DNA of 64,000 nt from Flectonema sp. DT1601 (lineage: Eukaryota): contig OZ025796.1 of the NCBI GenBank assembly GCA_964019425.1, forward strand, positions 434,001 through 498,000, given 5' to 3'. Made by a program: the position numbers and the translations under genes. The notes under the pieces are model-generated. The model ran no database searches. It saw only the letters and a list, made by a program, of their open reading frames with translations, and had not been told where the DNA came from. This document shows, one piece after another, positions 56,085 to 64,000 of this stretch. Positions within the stretch are counted from its first letter, which is position 1. Every line of letters starts with the position of its first letter.

Positions 56085-56689
56085 AAGCAGTAATGCTTTC
56101 TTTAGGAGGTGAAATATCCTCTTCATTAATAAAATAAAATAATCTCAAATAGCCGTCTAGTAGACATGCTGATGTAGCTCTGGCTCTCAGTCACATGTCA
56201 CATATTATGTGTGGCGGTACCCCCACCTCCCTTTCTTCTTGTTGATCATTCTTGCCTCTGTGCAGTAAATTGGTTCTTGAATCCAGCCGAAAAAAAGATA
56301 GTACGAAGTGTGTTTATGGATTGGTAGCGTACAGTATCCTTTTGTTTAAAGCTGGGTATCACTCGGTGTTATATTATTTAGTAAAGTTTCTTACTTTTTT
56401 TTATTTATTTTTTATTTTTTGGTTCTTCTGAAATTGCTGGTCTGTAATGGGTATGTGTTCGAACGGCACTGTTTTTGTTTTTGCAGTTATAATTCAGAAC
56501 CAAGTTCCTGTGTAGTTGCAAGGATTCTTTTCTGTTTCTCTTAATCTATTTTTCTTTTTTCTTCTTTTTTTTTTGAACTCATGTAGTAATGTGTTAGCAA
56601 ACAGCCAGCACTGACTGATCTCCAACGGAAAAAAATATTAAAAAAAAATAAAAAATAAAATAAAATAAAATTACCAGGGGGTGTACAAA

Positions 56690-56724
<35 letters not shown>

Positions 56725-57036
56725 CCAGGGTAAAAAAAGCGCCTGGTATATAACTGAGAAAACAAAACCTAAAAAAGGAAAAAAAAAAAAAAAAAAAATG
56801 GAGATCAGAAGTGCATGAGTAAGAAACAGCCACCAGGACAAGAACAAATCGTAACTAAAAACAAAAAGCACAAAAAAAAAAAAAAAAATAATTTATTAAA
56901 TTTCAATTCATTTGTTGTTAAATCTCTTCTCCTTTCACAGCACATCACTATGTCACGCAATCGATAAGTAACCGTAGCTAACTCATGCAGCTATTCTCGA
57001 CTCACTTTCATCTTTCACAGATCTATATAATCAAAG

Positions 57037-57921
57037 ATGCAACTCACAGCGATAATAACTTCATTGACGATCGGTTCTCTTGCTGATTGGGTATCTCAAT
57101 GCTCTGAGTTTAAATCATCTGCAACAGTCTCCAGTACCAGTGGAGCTACTCTAGAAGAAGCTTTGCAATCAGGTGCCGAAGTACTTTCACGGCTTGGAGC
57201 TCTCCGTGTGGACGGCGTAGCAGACAAAAGTGAATGTGATATACTTCTGAATAAGCTTGAGGAGGAATTCCCAAAAAATAAAATCAATCCCCACATGAAC
57301 GTCGGGATAGCAATAGACGATAAAGTTGACGGAGTGATGGAGACCTCAATAGAAAGGTTATACCCATTAATAAAACAAATTGTGGGGGAAAACGGACTCG
57401 TCGAAGAACTCGCTTTTATGATAAACGATCCTGGAGCAACGTACCAAACTTGGCATGCTGATACTGTGTACACTCCTAAGACTGCGAAAATGTATTCTTT
57501 TTTTATTGCACTCGAGGACATCACTATTGACATGGGTCCTACAGAAATAGCACCTGGCATCACATCTCCAGAGATGGTAGAAGAGTGTGACACTGATATG
57601 ACAAAACACAAACTTTCATTTTGTAAAAATCTCATTTCGTCAGTTCCAAATGTCGGAGCTACGATGAGAGCTGGTGATGTTTTAATCATGGATTCGATAT
57701 GTCAACATCGAGCATCTGAAAATATTTCTGATAAACGTCGTCGACTCTTCTACTACACAATCGTATCAAGAAAGGGTAAACGACCTGATGGATCAACTTT
57801 TACGTTGATTCATCCTTACAAAAATAAGTTGCAGGTAGCAGACTACACTCGTTGGAGTGACGTCAGACTTCCAAAACGTGCGCCTCCCAAAATAATTGAA
57901 GAGGAGGACGAAGACATGTAA
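57037..57921 (+). CDS. PhyH-family Fe(II)/2-oxoglutarate dioxygenase with a likely signal peptide
   Basis: QTWHADT (HxD), FIALEDITIDMGPT, GDVLIMD..QHRASEN...RR. Confidence 0.85.
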   Translation: MQLTAIITSLTIGSLADWVSQCSEFKSSATVSSTSGATLEEALQSGAEVLSRLGALRVDGVADKSECDILLNKLEEEFPKNKINPHMNVGIAIDDKVDGVMETSIERLYPLIKQIVGENGLVEELAFMINDPGATYQTWHADTVYTPKTAKMYSFFIALEDITIDMGPTEIAPGITSPEMVEECDTDMTKHKLSFCKNLISSVPNVGATMRAGDVLIMDSICQHRASENISDKRRRLFYYTIVSRKGKRPDGSTFTLIHPYKNKLQVADYTRWSDVRLPKRAPPKIIEEEDEDM

Positions 57922-58403
57922 AGTTGAGCAATCCTCTGCTTTGGTACTGTTCGCTACTAACTATTCCGTCGTCTTGATCGTGAATGCTGCTGCTGTGATT
58001 AATCTTATATCACATACTTAAGGGTCCAGAATTTTTAAAAAAAATTCCGACCTAACAATTACGATAAGTCTTACAATGTTCTGGTTTAATGGCCGAGTGA
58101 CGTTGTTAAGAGACTGGCATGGCTAGAGTCATGCCGGTTAGTTGTTTTTTTTTTTTTTGGATTTTCTTTTTTTTTTCGTTCTTCAATCAATACTTGTATA
58201 ACACTACGAGTTGATTTGTATGCCAAAGGAGAATATAGCTGCTGCTTTAGAGGCATTTTTTTTTCTTTTTTTTTCTCTCTTTTCAATCAATGTTTGTATA
58301 AGACTACGAATTGATTCAAAAGCAAAGCGGAAAGCATAGATTCATCTGTGTAGGTGATTAAGTTCAACCTGGACCTGATTTGAGAATCTTCCCCCTGTTC
58401 TAC

Positions 58404-58511
58404 GTTAGCCTGTATTAACATTTTAGTCACTGTGTCATGATTTTTTTAAATTTTATTATTGAGTTCTGATACAATACAGAGATTTATATTCGTATGAACC
58501 TAATCAAATAG
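58404..58511 (+). mobile_element. 5'-truncated short retroposon copy with a perfect 17-bp TSD
   Basis: TCTTCCCCCTGTTCTAC at 58387-58403 and 58512-58528 flanks the TAGTCACTGTGTC...GATACA module. Confidence 0.75.
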
Positions 58512-58875
58512 TCTTCCCCCTGTTCTACAGGTCAAGGACCGCTCAACCTGATAATCCTCGACTTACCAGATCGACGACGTATTCTGGTCAATAAGACAAA
58601 AAAAAAAAACAAAAAAAAAAAAAACAATATGATTTCTTCTTTTTTTCTAAACGTACCTTTTTTCTTTGATTAACAATTACGAAATATTATTTTTTCAGTC
58701 AAGTACTTTGATATTAATTTTTGTTTTTTGTTTATTTTTGTTACTGTTTTTTGTATTGTTAAAAGTTTCACTCACTTGTTCCCCGTTATAGCAACTTTTT
58801 TTTATATTCCAATAAAATAAACAAAAAAGTAACTACACTCCAGTCGTGCAAACTGGAGTGCTTCTGTCACAATAA

Positions 58876-59077
58876 TTGACTGATTAACTTCTACACCATA
58901 ACTGATGAGAGAATAGAGGTAAAGAGGTATATGGATTACTCTCGAAACCTTAAATAGTTACTTTAAAAGGCTAAGTTAAGCATCACCAGTCACTGTATCC
59001 TTAACAGATTGTTAAATTATTGTTTATGTTAAATGTGATACAAAACAGTTGTATTTTACAAATTACAAACAATCAAT
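58876..59077 (+). mobile_element. Most complete copy of the hammerhead-associated short retroposon
   Basis: Contains the 5' head with CTGATGA...GAAA and the shared 3' module. Confidence 0.75.
58896..58951 (+). ncRNA. Candidate hammerhead ribozyme in permuted topology
   Basis: CUGAUGA 58902-58908, stem II GAGA/UCUC, GAAA 58944-58947; the candidate substrate AGGUA-UAUGG (58925-58934) pairs with ACCU and CCAUA. Confidence 0.5.
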
Positions 59078-59506
59078 CACCCTTATGGCAACCATGATTT
59101 CTTGTGTCTAACAACCAAAAGTAAAAAAGGAGGAAAAGAAAAAAAAAACTCACCCAATCAAGAAAATTTGATTGATGTTTTTTTATTATTTTCTTTTATA
59201 GTAGGGCAAGGTCCTCGCTGGCACGAGTGTCAGTTTTGTACCCTTACCTTACATTATTCCTTCTCGCAACAAAAATGACCGAGAGAATCAATCCATGCTT
59301 TATCATACAAGACGAACGCCTGCTCTCGTTGAGAGTCTTTCCTTTTGGAGAATCTTAGCAATCCTGTTTTGAAGGAAACTTTTTTTTTCTTCTCTGAAGT
59401 TCTCAAAATAATAAAATGAAAAAAAAAAAAAAGAAAAGGGGATTGAAGTCCAAGACAACTCTTAGCCAGCCAACCAAGGCCAGCTGACTAACAGAATTCG
59501 ACTTTG

Positions 59507-59566
59507 GTAATGATCCTGCTGCAGGTTCACCTACAGCAACCTTGTTACGACTTTTGCTTCTTCTAG
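59507..59566 (-). rRNA. Isolated ~60-nt SSU (18S) rRNA 3'-end fragment
   Basis: The reverse complement reads GAAGCAAAAGTCGTAACAAGGTTGCTGTAGGTGAACCTGCAGCAGGATCATTAC, a euglenozoan-type helix 45 variant. Confidence 0.9.
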
Positions 59567-60494
59567 CTGAGAAATATTGCTGGGATTCGAAACGCTCTAA
59601 GCGGTTGTCCCTTTTTGCGGGTTTTGCGGCTTTGATTTTATTTCTTATTTTTAATTTTTCTTTTTTCCCTCCTTTTTTTTTTTTTTTTATTCACTTCGAG
59701 AAATGGATTTATTGTTCTGCTTTGTCTAAAAAACAAGTAGTAAAGCGGTACCCTTTGAAAACTTTTAATTTTACAACAATGTACACCCGCCTTCCTACTA
59801 CCGCAGTATTGGGGACCCTCAGAAGAACCACCCGGTACTCTTTGAGTGTCTACCTAACCGATTCTCGGTGGTCTGATGGACTTGCTAACTTACTCAAGCG
59901 GGAAAAAAAAAAAAAAAAAAGAAACCAGACCAGCATATTTATTTTGTTGTTTCGATTCCGTATTTATTTTTTATTTTTTATTGTTATTTTTTTTTTATAC
60001 CTACAAACCATTGGTCTAATTTTGTACCGGTTGTCGCACAAACAAAATGAACCTGTGAGTAAGAAAGTAAAAAGTGAAGTTTGTTACTTTTTTTTCTCAT
60101 CCTTCATCTAAGCTATTTATCATTGTTGTTGTTTGCTTTAGTGTGTCTCTCTACGTGACGTATATTTTGATACTTAGCTGAGATGGAGAAAAGGATTCTT
60201 TTTTTTTAAAACTTCCATCAATGAGTTTAAACGAGACAAGAATTTCTTTTGTTTTTAGAAATCTTTTCTTTTTTTTAATAATATAATTCTACTTAAATAG
60301 TCTAATTATAAATTTCACGATCGTGACACACACTTAAAAAAAGAAAAAAAAAACAAAATTTTTGTTTTGCCAAGAAAATCTGCCATCGTTGCAGTGGGAG
60401 TTAGTTTTTTTTTCTTTCTTTTCCTTCATTGATAGCAGTCATAACTTATCTATTTTATAGAGTACCCCTCCTCCCCCACATCCTATAGAATAAG

Positions 60495-63400
60495 ATGGAT
60501 ATGGATGTCGAACTCAGTGGATGGCTGTGGAAATACAGCATCATTGGAAAGAGTGATTGGAAAGCCCATCACTGGAGAAAGAGATACGTCGCGGTCAACT
60601 CTCAAATGATGGCTATGTACAAAGACGAAGACACCTCCGGAACACCCGTCGGACTTATCGAGTTCGCCACTGATGGAGAAAACAAACGAGCAATGTACAG
60701 CACTATGCAGAATGACTTTAGATTCTCTGCTGACGGTTACAATTACTTTATTGGAATCCAATTCATCGAAGAAGACACGCCTCTGTTACTTCTAATTAAA
60801 TGTTTAACACAACCTGATCACAAACAGTGGACTGACTACTTAAAACAATTATTCGAAGAGAGGCCCTTCAATCAAACAAAAACAGACTTTCCAACTTTCG
60901 ATGTAAAGGCACTCGACACCGCGAGTGATGTCGATGGTCAAAGTGAAGCCAGCAGCTCCGATGACGACGAACTCAAAGATCTCATAAAACAAAAAATGAA
61001 GGCATCCACTTCGGGACCAGATTCTTCAGGAGGTAAGCAAGCCATACCTGCACTCATACAGGCTAGAATTGATGCAAAGAAACGTTTGATGGAAAAGACA
61101 AGTCAATCATCCAAAGACGGAAAAGAAGATAAGAAATCAGCTCTCAGAAAGAAACTGTTGGAAAGACAAGCAAAGGAGAGGACTGAAAATGCAGCAACAA
61201 CGCAGTTCGCAAATCTACAGCAGCCAGTTGATCACGACTCCAGACGTGAGCGAGTCCAGGATGGTATTTCCAGTCCAGTCTTTAGTGAAAGTGCATCAGA
61301 ACCGAAGAAGTCAAGACTGCAAGAAGTACTCAAGGCTCGTCAAAAATCAAAAGAATCGAGTGACATAGCCAAACAACTTCAAGGATTCACCGCCCGTTTA
61401 GAAAAAGATGTCGGAGGTGATTTTGATGAGACAGGTTCTAATCCTCCGAGTGAGGCACCTCAAAGATCAAAAAAGGACGTTTTGGCAAAGGCAAGAGAAC
61501 TTGCAGCATCTAGAAAGCTGGCTCAAGACTCGATTGATGAAGAACGTCTCCATGACGCGACAGCTCGTGCGCAAGCAGCAGAAGCAGAGATAGAAACATT
61601 ACAAGAACAGGCAGAAGATGAACGTCAGCAGATGAAAGATCTCAGAAGCAGATTTCAACAACTACAACAACAACTTGATGGGCAAAAGGAAAAGTCTTCC
61701 TCCATGGAAGATGAACACCGAGACAATCTGCAGAAGTTAAAAGACAGACTTTCTGAAGTTGTTGAGGAAAAGGAATCAGTCAGAAAATCCAACCAAGACA
61801 ACCAACAAAACGTAACTGACCTGCAGTCAGAATCCGACCAACTCCGTTCTCAAATCGATCAGCTTCAGTCAAATGTTACGACGTTAACGGACTCATTGCA
61901 GTTTGAAACTCAAAAAAACACCGACCTGGTCAATCATTCAACTGCTGAAAAGAATAAATGTCTGGACTCTCTTGCTGATGTGACTGACAAAAGAATTAAG
62001 AATTCTGATCTAGACCAAGAGGTTATTGATAAACTTACTTCTGATGTTGGACAGCTCAAATCCCAAATAGCGAATTGCAGTACGGAAGAGCAGAGAAAAG
62101 AATTACAAAACAGATTAGAAGAGATTTCAGGACAAGTCTCATCAAAAGAATTATTTAGCGGATCGGCGACGGACATAAATTCTTGGAAAGAGTTGGCAGA
62201 AAAACTCCTCGATGAGAATAATGTTCTAAAGCAACAATGTGCTCAATGGAGATGCTTTACTTGTAACGACAACACTAACGAATCAGATTCCCAGTCCTGC
62301 AACACTTGTGGTGCTGCCAGAGAAGAAGTAGATATTCCAAAACTTCGAAGAGATCTCGCTGATAAGATCTCACAAGTCTCAACTCTCACTCAGCAGCTAC
62401 AAGAATTCGAACAACAAACGTCTTCTCTCAAAGAAGAAGCTGATTCTCAACTTACTAAATTAACCTTACTAGAAACAGAAAAACACGATCTCGCTCTCAA
62501 ACTCGAAGAAGCAACTACAGCCAATGAAGACGCCGACGTTGCTAAGGAAGTTGCCCGCCGACTACTCAGAGAGAAGAAAGAGCTTCAGGTATCTATTTGT
62601 TATTTCTGTATTGTATCAAAACATCGTTTGCGGTGTTCATATGCAACACAATTACCTCCTCAAATCTATAATATAATAACCACCAGGAGGAGCTTGATGA
62701 ATCCACACAAAATCATACGTCAGAAACGGAAGATTTACAAAAAAAGATCGAACAGCAATTACAAGAAAGTGAGGAATCCAAGTCGGAGTTGTCTCAGTTA
62801 AAATCTGACTTGGAAAAGGCAATGTCACAATCGCAATCAAGTGAAGAAGTAATTAGTTCTCTAAAACAACAACTTGACAAGGCAGGAACTGATGAAGAAG
62901 GTCTCGTAGACCAACTCAGATCTGAAATCGAATCTCTTCGAAAATCATTAGAAGAACTCAGAGAACAACATGTTGACCTAAAGACTATTTCAGAAACTGA
63001 TAAGGAACTCATTACTTCTATTCAATCACAACTTGAATCTAATGAGGAGTTGATTTCTTCATTGCGTTCACAATTAGAGGAGGCCAGCAACTCCGCTAAC
63101 GACACAACCGTAGCCAAAGAACAAATCGAATCCCTTCAAAAACAACTTGAAGAAAGCAAAGAAGAGAACCAAACACTGCAGCAAGCGAATGACTCCGCTG
63201 ATGCTTCTGAAGAAGTTATTTCACTCCAAAAACAAGTTGAGGAACTGCAAAGTGAACTGCAAGACGCCTCTGCGAACGCACCCGAGGAGCAGCTTTCTCT
63301 TCAAAAGCAACTCGAAGACACTCAAACAGAGATGCAATCACTGCAGTCTGAATTGGAACAGATAAAGAATGTAGAAGGAGGTAGCAGTGACTTACAAGAA

Positions 63401-64000
63401 CAAGTTCACTCTCTTCAAAAGCAACTCGAAGATCTTCAAATTGAAAAAGATGCTCTGCAATCTGGTGGTGATCAGACAGGACAGAGTTCTCAAGTAATTA
63501 ATCAACTTCAAGAAGGGAATACTTCCTTGACGGAACTCTCAGAAGGTGATTCGAATGTTATTAAAGTTCTCAAAGATGAGATTGAAGAACTACAACAGAG
63601 TAACGAGTCTTCCAAATGTCGTATCGCAGAGTTAGAGGGAACAGATCCTGACAGCGAGTTGTCAGGTCTACGTGAGGCAAACGCAGAGCTACTCAGTGAG
63701 AATGAAAATCTCCAAAAATGTATTTCTGATCAGCCTGGGTCACCAACAAGTAGTAATAAGAAAGAGTTACTGAGAGCTGCATTGAGGAGCTTATCAGAGT
63801 CGGCTTTGAAGTCTGCTTCTGTAATTCTCACAAGTAGAACTGAAACAGATGTTGAAGAAGAGTTGGTATCAGAAATTAGACGTACTTCTGAAGAGGTTGA
63901 CGGAATCCTCGGAACTTACATTGAGACGGGATCACAAGAGCAAGACCTGTTTGAGAGAGCGCAAGCACTACAAACACTTCTACAAACTTTCCCAAAACAA
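60495..64000 (+). CDS. PH-domain, long coiled-coil, RanBP2-type zinc finger protein; exons 60495-62588 and 62687->64000 (3'-truncated)
   Basis: SGWLWK..WRKRYV..W PH pattern; WRCFTCNDNTNESDSQSCNTCG; the phase-0 intron 62589-62686 continues into an open E/Q-rich frame. Confidence 0.85.

Noticed and set aside
57096..57689. 197-aa antisense ORF over the PhyH gene
   Set aside because: A shadow of the sense coding frame with no recognisable motif.
58950..58980. TTAAATAGTTACTT...CTAAG recalls a pistol ribozyme segment
   Set aside because: No P1 hairpin, pseudoknot partner or P3 could be built.
59455..59467. GACAACTCTTAGC resembling a 5.8S rRNA start
   Set aside because: Only about 13 nt, with no continuation, and on the opposite strand to the nearby 18S fragment.

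Overview
This is AT-rich eukaryotic nuclear DNA with many poly-A and poly-T tracts, most likely from a diplonemid or related euglenozoan. The evidence is a trypanosomatid-like nuclear ATP synthase subunit c, a euglenozoan-type 18S 3' end, all ~20 host genes on the + strand behind pyrimidine-rich AG acceptors, and short GT-AG cis-introns. Recognisable host genes include a Rieske Fe-S protein, peroxisomal acyl-CoA oxidase, ATP synthase c, a class-V PLP enzyme, a Der/EngA GTPase, a PABPN1-like RRM protein, a PhyH dioxygenase, a WD40 protein, a PH/coiled-coil protein and a kelch-EGF-TM cyclase-like receptor. The main find is an apparently intact 3.9-kb tyrosine-recombinase retrotransposon at 36838-40758, with gene order gag-YR-RT/RNase H and identical split direct repeats A1...B1-A2-B2. 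It sits in a poly-T tract, leaves short solo derivatives across the window, and appears to need two recoding events (a -1 slip and a TGA/ATG junction). A second highlight is a ~200-bp retroposon family inserted next to C-runs; one copy carries a complete hammerhead ribozyme core in an unusual order. Also present are a decayed Sola-type DNA transposon, a MITE holding a tRNA-like unit, a 206-bp tandem array probably derived from an RT fragment, and two short rRNA fragments. All family assignments come from reading motifs by eye; no searches were run.
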